DNA of 64,000 nucleotides, from the NCBI GenBank assembly GCA_963777955.1, contig CAVZSQ010000015.1, positions 192,001 through 256,000 of the forward strand, in the 5' to 3' direction. Under the pieces are notes generated by a model. The model searched no databases. It saw only the letters and a list, made by a program, of their open reading frames with translations, and was not told the origin of the DNA. Source of the DNA: Calditrichia bacterium (GTDB lineage: Bacteria > Calditrichota > Calditrichia > JAJRVZ01). A program made the position numbers and the translations under genes. Shown piece after piece: positions 30,978 to 44,717 of this stretch; the first letter of the stretch is position 1; each line of letters begins with the position of its first letter.

Positions 30978-32857
30978 TCAGATACTCAATCGTTGAACAT
31001 TCCATTTTTCAATTAAATAATCATAAATCAATCTGGTAATGATAATGGCGGTGAACATACTGGTAACAAGTACCAATCATCAGGGTCAAGGCAAATCCTC
31101 TTATCGAGCCGGTACCGAACTGTGTATAAAACCACTCCGGCAATAAAGGTGGTAACATTGGAATCCAGGATAGCCCGGAAAGCATTGCTGTAGCCCTGAT
31201 CGACAGCTGCTTTGATTGTTTTGCCGTGACGAAGTTCTTCCCTGATCCTTTCATTGATCAGCACATTGGCATCGACCGACATACCCATGGTCAGGATGAT
31301 ACCGGCGATACCGGGCAGGGTCAAAGTGGCGTTAAAGTAAGCCATAACAGCCAGTATAAATAAAATATTGGCGAACAGCGCTAAATCGGCTATGACACCG
31401 GACCAAAGGTAATATATAATCATAAACACAGCGACAATGATGAAACCCAGTAACGCTGAAAAACTGCCCTGATTAACGGAATCCCGTCCCAGCGAAGGAC
31501 CGACAGTCCGTTCTTCAATTGTTTTCACCGGCGCAGGTAACGCACCCGCCCTCAAAACTATGGCCAGGTCCTTCGCTTCCTCCATTGAATTTAATCCGGT
31601 GATCCGGCTGCGACCGTCGCGGATCTTTACCTGGATTTCCGGAGCCAGGTACACTTTATTATCCATGATGATCGCCAGGCGTTTCTTGATATTGGCACCG
31701 GTTACGCGGGAAAAGATACGGGCACCTTCATCGTTTAAGGTCAGGGATACTTCAAATTTTCCGATGGCATTGGGATCCATCTGGCTGCCGGTCATGGGAT
31801 CTGCTTCGGTAATGGTTTCACCGCCCAGTTCCGTCTGGCTGAAAACCAGGTAAAGTTCATAATAACGATCATACTTGGCTTCGGATCCCCACAGGTATTC
31901 AGCGGATCCGGCTTCATCACTGATAATTTTTTTGACTTGCGGTAATAATAATAGCTGTCTGAATTTTGCTTCCTTCTCGATAGGCACCAGGATTACCTGC
32001 CGGTTGTTAGGATCCTGGAAAAACATATTTGCTTCAAAAAATGCAGATTGACCCGATACAGAATCTATGACTGTCGTATCACGCCGGGATTCGCCGAATA
32101 ATTTATCCAGATTGACCGTACTGTCGCCGGTGGATTCTTCTTCCTCCCCCTGGATCATCGTACTGTCCGAGGGTGTTACCTTCGACTGAATAAATTTAAA
32201 CAGTTTATCCGAAACATTAGCGCAGATTTCAGGATCACGCAGCAGACGAAATTCCAGTTTGGCTGTTTTACCGATCAGTTCACGCACCCGTACCGGATCG
32301 GTGATCCCTGCCAATTCAATGATAAGACGGGAATCCCCCTGCCGCTGAATAATTGGTTCGGCCACGCCGAATTGATCAACACGGTTAGTAAGAATTTCCA
32401 GGGCCCGGGTGACGGTTTCGGAGGACTGGGTGCGCAGATATTCAATAATTTTTTCTTCCGTATTCAATTCACGGCTGCCGTAATAGCGCATCAGGTTGCT
32501 GCCGGCAACCTGTAAATTGGTATTCAACACGCCTATGAAATCTTCGTTACTGTCCTCGGTCTCAGCAGCACTCTTGTCCAAGGCGGCAGTGAAGATTTCA
32601 TTCTTGTTTTTAGCCAGTTGATTCAGCAATTCTTTAATATCAACTTCCATCACAATATGCATGCCACCCTGTAAATCCAAGCCCATATTAATCGTTTTCG
32701 ACCTGAGTTTAATCATGGCCTTCTTATCCTTAACTTCCATGGCAGCAATCTGCTCTTTAGTCATGGAGGATAATTGATAGGTCGGATAAAGCAAGTAAAT
32801 AGCTAACAGTACTGCCAGGGTGATAAATATAAATTTAACTGTAATACTCGTCCGCAT
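30978..32857 (-). CDS. secD: Protein translocase subunit SecD (frameshifts near 31040-31120)
   Basis: GLDLQGG, RVDQFGVAEP, LRAGALPAP, TVGPSLG, TLPGIAG, DANVLINERIREE, DSNVTT; true end ITRLIYDYLIEKWNVQRLSI* at 30978. Confidence 0.95.
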
Positions 32858-32914
32858 TCAAACTACTCCTTTTTTCTGCTTAGGCGCACAATATTTTATA
32901 TTAAAAAGATTTAA

Positions 32915-32943
32915 AATTTAATTTTATAGTCTATTAAAGTCAA
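32915..32943 (-). promoter_or_regulatory. Putative sigma-70 promoter for secDF
   Basis: TTGACT-N17-TAAATT on the minus strand. Confidence 0.55.
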
Positions 32944-32987
32944 TGAAAATAAAGATTTCTTTCTTTGGTTTATCCGGGTTTTTGCTG

Positions 32988-35091
<2,104 letters not shown>

Positions 35092-35187
35092 TTATTTATC
35101 GTAACAAGACCGAATATCTGATGATTATACTTGCAGTAAAAGAACAATACCTGCGGCAGAATGGAATTCCGGTCAGGGAAATTAAAG

Positions 35188-35216
35188 TTGATTTTCCAGG
35201 TAAAATTTATTAGTTT
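35188..35216 (+). promoter_or_regulatory. Putative sigma-70 promoter for the plus-strand operon
   Basis: TTGATT-N17-TAGTTT upstream of 35246. Confidence 0.4.
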
Positions 35217-35245
35217 TACAATCCGAGTAACATAATATTTAATAA

Positions 35246-35857
35246 ATGTTTATAAAAAAAATAGTTCAGGGATTATCAATTGTAACCTTAATCGTTTGTT
35301 GCACAAATCCCTTCGAAACGCGGTCTGTGGAAAAACCCGACACCGATAAAAATTCCGATATTTTTAATCAACCGACCAGCTGTGAAGTCGTGCTGAGCAA
35401 TTTCCGTTATGCTCTGATTCAAAAAAATGTATCCAATTATATGAGTTGTTTTATCGATACCAGTTTCGTTCAGTCATTTGTTTACGGGTTCAAGCCCGAC
35501 GAAACTTTTCCTCCCGAACGATTTCAGGGTTGGTCTTTAATCGATGAAGAGAATTATTTACGTAATGTTATAACCGAAGCCGGTACGGGTATGGTCAGTT
35601 TTGAGTATGTCGATGCTGTCGACGACATCACGTTTACCCCTATCTCAGCAGCAATCGATTCCGTGCAAACTTCACCATTTGAATATAAACTGCAGGTGGA
35701 GCTGGACAGCCTGGTCACTTTTTCCGGCATTGCCAGAATGAAGCTGGTAAAAAACTCTAATTCATTGTGGGCGATCTATTATTGGGAAGATACACGGAAT
35801 GCAGAGGGTAATCCCAATACCTGGTCCTTGCTCAAATCTATTTACAGGTTTAATTGA
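35246..35857 (+). CDS. Hypothetical lipoprotein
   Basis: Signal peptide with lipobox-like IVCC, then TNPF; paralogous to the next ORF. Confidence 0.75.
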   Translation: MFIKKIVQGLSIVTLIVCCTNPFETRSVEKPDTDKNSDIFNQPTSCEVVLSNFRYALIQKNVSNYMSCFIDTSFVQSFVYGFKPDETFPPERFQGWSLIDEENYLRNVITEAGTGMVSFEYVDAVDDITFTPISAAIDSVQTSPFEYKLQVELDSLVTFSGIARMKLVKNSNSLWAIYYWEDTRNAEGNPNTWSLLKSIYRFN

Positions 35858-36369
35858 TGATGCGCAGCGGATTTTTCATTGGCATACTATTGGTTATTTG
35901 CGGGTGTGACAATCCCTTTGCACCTGCTTTGACCAAAAGCAATCAGCAGGTGTTCAATATTGTTACCCAGCAACGCTCCCCGGTCGAGGCCCTGACTAAT
36001 TTCCGCTATGCCTATGCTTTTAAAGATTCATTGATCTATAGTGATTTACTGGACAGTACATTTATTTTTTTATCCAAGAATTACGGCACTAATCCCCCCA
36101 CGGATATTAACTGGGGGCGTGATGTAGATATTAAAACCACGATTGGACTATTCCGGCATTTTGAGATACTTGAATTGATCTGGGGTACCATTTTATTTTA
36201 TGAATACAGCCTGGACTCTGCCCAATCCGAGATAAAAGTAACTTTTCAACTTACATTTGATGGCGGAACGGAAATCCCGACACTGAAAGGCGAAGCTTTA
36301 TTTAATTTTCAGAAAAAATCATCGGGACGCTGGACCATCACCAGGTGGGAGGATTTATCAAGTTTTTAA
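35854..36369 (+). CDS. Hypothetical lipoprotein
   Basis: Lipobox ICGC then DNPF; shares NFRYA and W.I..WED with the upstream ORF; 4-nt overlap. Confidence 0.75.
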   Translation: MMMRSGFFIGILLVICGCDNPFAPALTKSNQQVFNIVTQQRSPVEALTNFRYAYAFKDSLIYSDLLDSTFIFLSKNYGTNPPTDINWGRDVDIKTTIGLFRHFEILELIWGTILFYEYSLDSAQSEIKVTFQLTFDGGTEIPTLKGEALFNFQKKSSGRWTITRWEDLSSF

Positions 36370-36386
36370 TTCAAGGGGAGGTATAA

Positions 36387-37103
36387 ATGGGTAGGCTTGC
36401 TGTCAATATCGATCAGATTGCGGTGATACGGAATATGTTTGCTGATGTGGTACCTGATCCTGCTCATGCGGTTGTACTGGCAGAACTGGGCGGCGCTGAA
36501 TCAATCGTATGTCATCTGCGGGAAGATCTGCGCACTGTTAATGAACGTGATATAAAAATTATCCGGGAGATCTCAAAAACCCATCTCAACATTCGCAGTG
36601 CGATCAATAATGATATGGTAGGGAAATTATTGAAAATTAAACCCGATATGATCACCTTTGTCGCTTCTGCCTCGGATCTCTCCTGGGAACCAAAACCTGT
36701 CTTTATTGAAAGTCAATCGGAACAACTGAGTAATCATGTGGCAGATCTACGGGCCAATAATATTTTATCCAGTATTTTAGTCGAGCCGGAATTGAATCAG
36801 ATCAAAATGGCTGGTAAATTAGAGTTTGATTACATTGAATTGACAACTGAACGGTATACCGCAGCCGATGATCTGGATCAGCAAATAGCCGAATTAGAAA
36901 CAATCAATAATGCGGTTCTGGCGGCAAACCGGCTGGGTATGGGTGTCAATGCCAGCGGCAAATTAGAACAGGAGAATGTCGGGGATCTGGCCAAAATCAG
37001 CAATATCGATGATTTAATAGTCGGACAAGCGATCCTGATCAAAGCACTGTCATTGGGCTATGAGCAGGCAGTGCGGGATTTCATTAATTTAATGAACAAA
37101 TAA
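36387..37103 (+). CDS. PdxJ (pyridoxine 5'-phosphate synthase)-like protein with degenerate active site
   Basis: LAVNID, PDP, HLRED, IEL, GMGVNA fold motifs present, but several catalytic residues are substituted. Confidence 0.8.
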   Translation: MGRLAVNIDQIAVIRNMFADVVPDPAHAVVLAELGGAESIVCHLREDLRTVNERDIKIIREISKTHLNIRSAINNDMVGKLLKIKPDMITFVASASDLSWEPKPVFIESQSEQLSNHVADLRANNILSSILVEPELNQIKMAGKLEFDYIELTTERYTAADDLDQQIAELETINNAVLAANRLGMGVNASGKLEQENVGDLAKISNIDDLIVGQAILIKALSLGYEQAVRDFINLMNK

Positions 37104-37139
37104 AATTGACTGTCTAACCAGCACAATAAACCGGGTTGT

Positions 37140-39734
37140 ATGCCAGGAAAAAATAATTCACCGCTAGATTTTAAGGTACAATCCAGACCGTTAATCCAAC
37201 AAGCAAATACTTTATTGCTTTTGAGCATCATCTTGACACTCTGGCAATCCGGTCAGGCCCGGGGTGCTTATGCGGATCTGCTACAGAAAAACAATCCCGA
37301 TCCGATAGTCCTGCTTGATCAGGACTGGCAGGTCAGGATTGATGATAATCAGAATACACAAACTGTTGCCCTGCCCTATTTTGTACAGGAACCGGTGGAA
37401 CAACTGTCTTTCTCAAAAAAGTTTTTAATTGCCGATACACTGCGGAATTATAATCTGCGCATCTGTTTTCTTGGTCTCAACGGCGTGGCTACCATAAAAA
37501 TTAATTCCAAGTCAATCCGCAAGCATCTGAACCTGCTCTCCAGTTTTTTTGTAGATATCCCGGCAGATTTATTGCAACCCGGGGCAGAAAATATACTGGA
37601 GATAGTTCTTGTTCCTGCTGCTGAATATGAACAGAGTATTCCACAGGTCGTACAGGTTTTCCGGGCACCTTCCTGGCTGGGAATTCTTCGTGAAATATAC
37701 CTGGAATTCATTCCTCCGCTTTCCGTTTCCAATTTCAAGTACGCTTTCACAGCTAATCGGTTGAATTATTCTTACACCGTTTCTTTTCCAAAAACCGATC
37801 GGAGCGAGCCTGGTACAAATCCGCAAATTAAAATACTGGAGAGATTACTTACTCCTGATTTGGCCAGCATGGCCCTGGGTACGGCAGAGATCATTATTTC
37901 CGGTGATCAAGAAAATGTCGAGCACGAATTCCTGCTGCCCAATCCGGTCAGCTGGACGCCTCAGACCCCGGGAATCTACTGGCTGGAACTTGTACTGAGC
38001 GTGTCCGGACAACAGGAAAAGATATACCGTTTCCCGGTCTATCGCCGCCAGTTGCAAATTGTCTCCGGCAGTATCCAGGTAGAAGGTGCGCCCTTTTTGA
38101 TGAAGGGTATAAGTTACCGGGAAATGTATTCCGATCCCCGGGGTCGCCCCCTGAAATTCAATGAGTTCTACCGTAAACTGCAGGCGGACTTGCAGACCAT
38201 TAAGCAACTGGGTTTCAATACCGTACGTTTTCCTGCCGAACCTCCCCATCCTTATTGTGCCTATCTGGCGGACTCCCTGGGATTATTCATTCTGGTAGAA
38301 AATGGAATCTGGCGATTGCCTGCCTCGAATCTGATTCAAGATTATTTAATCCAGGCCAGCTGGGCTTTGGCCGATGAGATTTTACTGACTTTCCAGCAAC
38401 ATCCCTGTTTGCTGGCTCTGGGGATCGGGCAGGAGATCCCGGTGCATTTGCCGGAGGCCCGCAAATATTTGACATATTTGACCGATTATCTGGATCAACG
38501 CAATAAAATCTTACGCTACATTGCTCCGCTGGATTATACACAATTGCCTTCGGCAGATAACCGTGTTGATTTTTACCTGATTGATAAGTATGATCAGGGC
38601 ATCTTTGATTTACTTGATTCAGCACCGGTATTTAACCGGTTAATGACGGTCAATAAACCTGTTATACTGGGAACAGTAGGTTTCAGGGCCCCCCTGCCCG
38701 CGGATCAGGATTCTCAGCGGCAGAATGAGTATCAGATCAGCCGGGCTCAGCGATTTTTCAAACTCTACCAGCCCTATGCGGATAAATGCGGGTTCATCTG
38801 GGACAGTTATCAGGACTGGTGGGCAGCCGTACCGGTTTCAATCGGCCGTAAAGTCACAGAGAGCGGGTGGATCTATCCTTATGGCTTATTGACCTATACG
38901 GGAGAAAAAAGGGATCTGTATCAGAAGTTGCCGGCTTTCATGAATTTTGATTTTTCAGAAATCTTTGAAGAAGCGAAAGATTCCAAATCGTCCAATTTTT
39001 TCAGTATCTCCACTTTTATCTGTTCGCTTATATTTCTGCTGTTCTATCAGCGGAATTACCGTTTTAAAGAAAACATTAAAAGATCGTTAGCACATCCTTA
39101 TGGATTTTTTGTGGATCTGCGGGACCGGCGTATTATCTCCATTTTAAATTCAACGGTTATCGGTATCTTCTCCAATTTAATGGTGGCAATTTTACTGGCG
39201 GCACTGGCCTTCTATTACCGCGATAATCTGTTATTTGAAGAGGTGGCTACCGTGATAACGGTTCCCCTGGGGGCAAAAGAAATCTACCTCACTATTCTGC
39301 AGAGTCCCCTGCGGACTATGCTGTTTATTTCATGCTGTCTGTATCTGGCGCAATATATGGTGGCGTTGCTGTTGAGATTCATGAATTTTTTTACCGAAAC
39401 GAAACCGCGGTTCCGGCAATTAGTGGCCATGTGCAACTGGGCTGGAGCGCCGCTGATTTTATTGCTGCCGTTGAGCATGTTCTCTCTGCACCTGCTGCCT
39501 AATGCCGGCATGCCCAGTATGATCTATTATGTGCTGATCATCTTTTTCTGTTGGTACAATTTTCGCCTGGGCAGCGGGATCAGGGTATTTTTCCTGATAC
39601 ACTCTTATAAGGTACTGTTGATACTGGTCTTGATCTATGCAATCCCAGTCTGTATCTTTTTGTTTTTGAACGGAAATAATTATGAGCTCATTGATTATCT
39701 GAGTTTACTGCGCGAAGCGGGAAATTTATTTTAG
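37140..39734 (+). CDS. GH2-like (sugar-binding + Ig + TIM barrel) protein with C-terminal multi-TM domain
   Basis: WTPQTPGIY, GFNTVR, DSLGLFILVE, HPCLL..GIGQE, YGLLT...K; about 6 hydrophobic segments at the C-terminus. Confidence 0.75.
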   Translation: MPGKNNSPLDFKVQSRPLIQQANTLLLLSIILTLWQSGQARGAYADLLQKNNPDPIVLLDQDWQVRIDDNQNTQTVALPYFVQEPVEQLSFSKKFLIADTLRNYNLRICFLGLNGVATIKINSKSIRKHLNLLSSFFVDIPADLLQPGAENILEIVLVPAAEYEQSIPQVVQVFRAPSWLGILREIYLEFIPPLSVSNFKYAFTANRLNYSYTVSFPKTDRSEPGTNPQIKILERLLTPDLASMALGTAEIIISGDQENVEHEFLLPNPVSWTPQTPGIYWLELVLSVSGQQEKIYRFPVYRRQLQIVSGSIQVEGAPFLMKGISYREMYSDPRGRPLKFNEFYRKLQADLQTIKQLGFNTVRFPAEPPHPYCAYLADSLGLFILVENGIWRLPASNLIQDYLIQASWALADEILLTFQQHPCLLALGIGQEIPVHLPEARKYLTYLTDYLDQRNKILRYIAPLDYTQLPSADNRVDFYLIDKYDQGIFDLLDSAPVFNRLMTVNKPVILGTVGFRAPLPADQDSQRQNEYQISRAQRFFKLYQPYADKCGFIWDSYQDWWAAVPVSIGRKVTESGWIYPYGLLTYTGEKRDLYQKLPAFMNFDFSEIFEEAKDSKSSNFFSISTFICSLIFLLFYQRNYRFKENIKRSLAHPYGFFVDLRDRRIISILNSTVIGIFSNLMVAILLAALAFYYRDNLLFEEVATVITVPLGAKEIYLTILQSPLRTMLFISCCLYLAQYMVALLLRFMNFFTETKPRFRQLVAMCNWAGAPLILLLPLSMFSLHLLPNAGMPSMIYYVLIIFFCWYNFRLGSGIRVFFLIHSYKVLLILVLIYAIPVCIFLFLNGNNYELIDYLSLLREAGNLF

Positions 39735-39749
39735 GTAAGAAATCGATTT

Positions 39750-42700
39750 ATGTATCTGTCAAAACTGGATATCTTCGGCTTTAAATCTTTTGCGCAAAAG
39801 ACACATCTTAAATTCAACGACGGTATTGCCTGTCTGATCGGACCCAATGGTTCCGGTAAGTCGAATATTGTCGATTCGATTCGCTGGGTACTGGGCGAGC
39901 AGAAGACCAGCACCCTGCGTACCGATCGCATGGAAAGTGTCATCTTTAATGGTACGAACAGCCGTTCACCCCTGGGTATGGCCGAGGTATCCCTGACAAT
40001 TCAAAACACTAAGAACATCATTCAGAGTCCCTTCAGCGAAGTTGTTGTCACCCGCAGGCTCTACCGTTCCGGGGAAAGTCATTACCTGTTGAATAAAATG
40101 CCCTGCCGGCTGAAAGATATTCAGGATTTATTCATGGATACCGGTATGGGCGCTGATTCCTATTCCGTGATCGAATTAAAGATGGTGGAGAGCATTATCA
40201 GCGAGAATCCCGGTGAACGCCGGCATTTATTCGAAGAAGCAGCCGGTGTTACTAAATATAAATTCCGCCGTAAATCCGCATTGCGCAAACTGGAAACAAC
40301 CCAGCAGGACATGAGTCGTATCAGTGACCTGATCGCCGAAATCAACCGGACGGTCAACAGTTTATCGCGCCAGGTCGGCAAAGCCCGGCATTACCTGCGC
40401 TATAAAGATGAATTGAAAAAAGCGGAAACAGACCTGGGCCGTTATCGCTTCGGGCATTTCAATACCGAAGTAAATAATTTGCAGCAGCAACTGGATGAAG
40501 TGCACCTGATCAAAGAAGACACCAGTCAGCAGATTACACTTGAGGAAGCACTACTGGAGGATTATAAACGGGAAATTATTCAGAGTGAAGAGAACCTGAG
40601 AAAATTGAATGATCAGTTGTACCAACTGGATGAAAAAATTCATCAACTCAAGGAAGAGGAAGCCGTAGCCACTACCCGTAACCTGGCCATCCATGAAAAT
40701 ACAAAACGCAATCATGCCGATATTGCTGAATATACCCAGAAGATACAAAACGGCCAGCAACTCCTGCTGGAAGCACAGCAAACGTTGGGCCGGATCCGGA
40801 CGGATTTCGACCAGGCGGCTCTGGGTTTTAATAATCTGGAACAACAGTACCAGAAAGATGCAGAACAGTTGAGGCAGGAAAAACAGAGTTTAGATCAGGA
40901 AAATAAAACCATCCGGGTCCAGGACGAGGAGATGCGTACCCAAAAGGAGTTGCTGCAGGAGAAAAGTTTTCAATATAAAGTGAACCAGGATAAGGTACAT
41001 GCGATTAATCTCGAGGATCAGCACAAAATCACGCGGGAAAAAGAAATCGATTTGCGCTTGAGTGAATTGAATACCACGAAAACGACTCAACAGCAGGACC
41101 GGGACAAGATCCTGCTACAGATTAATTCTGCAGGCGAGCAACTGAACTCACTGGCGGAAAATATTACCCGGCAAATCGAACAACTCCATAAACTTGAAGT
41201 GCAACTGGAATTCACCACTACCCGCATCCATTTTTTTGAACAAATAATATCCAAGTATGAAGGACATGACCAGAGTACCCGTCTGGTTATGAATCAGCGT
41301 GCTGATTTTTCCGGAGTGCATGGTCCCCTGGCGGATTTTTTACAGGTGGATGACCGCTATCGGCCGGCGTTCGAAGTCTGCCCTGGGGGACATGCTGGAC
41401 TATCTGGTAGTCGATGATGTGCAGACGGCCAAAACACTCCTGCGCCATATCGAAAAAGGAAAACAGGGGCGCATCACCTGTATTCCGCTTAATCTGGTCA
41501 GTAAATTTAAACTAAGCGAAAACTATATTCCCGGACAATTGCAGGCATTGAGTAACCTGCTGCAGTGTCCTGAAATATATCTGAAGATTTTTAAGATTCT
41601 TTTGGGGGATATGGTTCTGGTCGCAGACCTGGATGAAGGTATTGCCCTGGCTGAACAGTACCCGGAATTACGGGTGGTGACCCACTCGGGCGAGATTATC
41701 GCCCATTCGCATCTGATTTCCGGGGGGACAAAAACGAGTGATGAGTTTTCGCTGTTAGGCCGCCGCGAACAACTGGCCAAAGTACGGCAGGAAAAGTCGC
41801 AGTTGGAGACAGATCACGAGAAAATCCGTACCGGCATAAGCGAACTGAACGACAGGCAGGATCAGCAGCACCGCGATCTGGCCGGCCTGAATTCACAACT
41901 CGAACATGTTCTGGCGCAGCTAAAAGATCTGGAGCGCGATGAATTACAGTTGCAGTATGAAAAGGATTTTATCCGCCAGAATCATGATAAACGCAGTTTT
42001 GATCTCGCCGGTTTGCAGCAGCAGCTGCAAATTCTGCAAACTGAAATCGGACAGATGACAGAATCCTGCCAGGGACTGCAGGACAGTTTACAGGTTAAGG
42101 AAAACCAGTATAGTCAGGCCCTGGCCATATTGGAAAATAAAAACAACGACCTGCAACTGGCGGCTCTGCAGGTCCAGGAGGCCAGGCTGCAACTGGAAAC
42201 GCAAAAAAACCAGATCAACAACCGCCAGGCGGATATTGTACGTACCGAACAGACGATAACTGAATTGAATGAACAGATCCGGAAACGGCAGGTCGAAATC
42301 GAAGAGATGCAGCTGCAGCTGCAGCAACTGGCCGAACGTAAATTACAACTGGAACAGGAAAAAATAGGTATCTGGCAAAACCGCGACCAGCTGGAAAAAG
42401 AAAAAGACAAAATTGCCCAGCAGTACCATGAACTCAAGGATAAAATTTTAAATCTGGAAACTCAGATCAAGCGTTTTCGTAAACAACATGATACATCGCT
42501 GGAACGTTCACGCCAACTTGAACTGAGCATCCAGGAATTGCAGATGAAATCGTCAGCGCTCAAGGACCGTTTAAAGGAAGAATATGAAGAAGACATCAGC
42601 GTGGGCATCGCTTTCGACAGTCTGAACGTTGAAGAAACTCAGCAGCAGATCGAGCATTTAAAATTGAAGATTACTCAACTGGGCCAGGTCAACCCCCTGG

Positions 42701-43272
42701 CGGTAAGTGAATATGACAAGGAAAAAGAACGATTGGATTTTTACACTAAACAATATAATGATCTGCTGGAAGCAGAAAAAACCCTGCGTGAGACGATTAA
42801 AAAAATAAATATCACGGCCCGTAATCAGTTTATCGAAACCTTCAATCAGATCAAACAGAATTTTGAAGGTGTTTTTAAGAATTTTTTCGAGAACGGTGAA
42901 GGCACCCTGGAATTGCAGCAGGAGTCTGACCCGCTGGAGGCGAATATCGAGATCCTGGTCCGGCCCAAAGGCAAGCGCTTGCAAACCATTGCCCTGTTAT
43001 CCGGCGGTGAAAAAACGTTGACCGCTATCTCCCTGCTTTTTGCAATTTATCTTGTAAAACCAAGTCCATTTTGTATATTAGACGAAATAGACGCTCCCTT
43101 GGACGATGTGAATATTAACCGTTTTACCAACGCCCTGAAAGAATTTTCCAAAGATACTCAGTTCATTGTGGTCACCCATAATAAACGAACCATGGAAGCG
43201 GCCAGCACTCTTTATGGTGTTACCATGGAAGAAGAAGGACTTTCAAAATTAGTTTCTGTCAAATTTAACTGA
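39750..43272 (+). CDS. smc: Chromosome segregation protein SMC (frameshift near 41375 in the hinge)
   Basis: GFKSFA, GPNGSGKSN, FEEAAG, long coiled coils, hinge, LSGGEK, PFCILDEIDAPLD, VVTHNK. Confidence 0.96.
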
Positions 43273-43300
43273 ACCTTAATATTTAATCGGGAAACATCAT

Positions 43301-44701
43301 ATGAAAAAACTAATCATCAGTGCCGGGATTATCATCAGTTGTTGCATACAGCATGCTCCGGCCCAGGTGGATTTTATTCCACTCCAGGTCGATTATGCCT
43401 GTTTTAAAGGCAGCACTAAAACCTATACAGAAATCTATCTTTCATTCGCCCAGAATTCGTTGATCTATAGTCCCAAAGATTCCCAATACGTTGCCCACTT
43501 CGATCAGGCTCTTGAAATAAAACAACAGGATTCTGTGGTTCAATCCATCCAGAGGAATTATAAGAATTCCATTATTAATCCGAACGAAATTAATCGGACG
43601 AACCAGTTCATAGATGTGTTTGCTGTAGAACTGCAGCCGGGAACTTATCAATTGCTGGCTGCCATCCATGATCAGACCTCGCAAAAAACGGGCGATTATG
43701 CGCTGGAGCTCACTATACCTGATTTTGATCAGGATTTCGCAGTAAGCCATCTGCAACTTTCCACCAGGATAGAAAAGACAGACCGTGAATCGAATTATAA
43801 CGCCAAGAATAATATCGAGATTATGCCTAATCCTTCCTGTACCTTTGGTCTGGGCTTTCCCATGCTTTATTTTTATTTTGAAGTATATAATCTGAAAATC
43901 GACAGTGTGGGAAATAACAAGTATTCCTATCATTATTACATCACGGATGCCGAAGGCAAGCGCCTGAGAGATTATCCGGAGAAAACCAAATCAAATAAAA
44001 CGAATACCGTTGCCGAAGCTACCGGGTCCAATGTGATCACCCTGAATTCCGACACCTATTACCTGAACCTGGAAGTCGCAGATCTTTTAGCAGATAAGAC
44101 TTCAGCTACCAGGAAGAAATTCACTATCGATAAACCGGCCAGACAATCTGCCGAGAAACAAGGTGACGGAGCTGTGGCAGAATCCAACGAATATCTGAAT
44201 TTTACGGAGCAGGAACTAAAAGCTGAATTCGAGCGGTCCCTGTACATTGTCCTGCCCGAAGAGAAAAAGATATTCAACAAGCTGGACCCGGAAGGAATGA
44301 AAAAATTCCTTTCTGAATTCTGGAAACGCCGTGATCCTGATCCCAGCACACCCGTCAATGAATTCAAGCGTACTTATTTTGAGAATTTGCAATTAGCCAA
44401 TGCCCAGTTTTCTTCCAATTTTAAAGAAGGCTGGCGTACCGATCAGGGGCGCGTATTGCTGATTTATGGCCGCCCCGATGAAATTGAACGTAATCCCAAT
44501 GCTATCAGTACCCAACCCTATGAAATCTGGCATTATTATTCACTGGAAGGCGGCTCCGAGTTTATTTTTGGTGATTTGAGCGGAAACGGTTATTTTGAAC
44601 TGCTGCATTCGACCTATCGTAATGAGATTAAAGATTATAACTGGCAGTCACGCCTGGGTGGCTTAAGATCAGGTAGTTCAAGTTCGGGTTTTAATAATTA
44701 G
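43301..44701 (+). CDS. GWxTD domain-containing secreted protein
   Basis: FWKRRDPDPSTPVNE, GWRTDQGRVLLIYGRPDE, YEIWHY; signal peptide APA|QV. Confidence 0.9.
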   Translation: MKKLIISAGIIISCCIQHAPAQVDFIPLQVDYACFKGSTKTYTEIYLSFAQNSLIYSPKDSQYVAHFDQALEIKQQDSVVQSIQRNYKNSIINPNEINRTNQFIDVFAVELQPGTYQLLAAIHDQTSQKTGDYALELTIPDFDQDFAVSHLQLSTRIEKTDRESNYNAKNNIEIMPNPSCTFGLGFPMLYFYFEVYNLKIDSVGNNKYSYHYYITDAEGKRLRDYPEKTKSNKTNTVAEATGSNVITLNSDTYYLNLEVADLLADKTSATRKKFTIDKPARQSAEKQGDGAVAESNEYLNFTEQELKAEFERSLYIVLPEEKKIFNKLDPEGMKKFLSEFWKRRDPDPSTPVNEFKRTYFENLQLANAQFSSNFKEGWRTDQGRVLLIYGRPDEIERNPNAISTQPYEIWHYYSLEGGSEFIFGDLSGNGYFELLHSTYRNEIKDYNWQSRLGGLRSGSSSSGFNN

Positions 44702-44717
44702 CGGGTGGTATCCAGGA

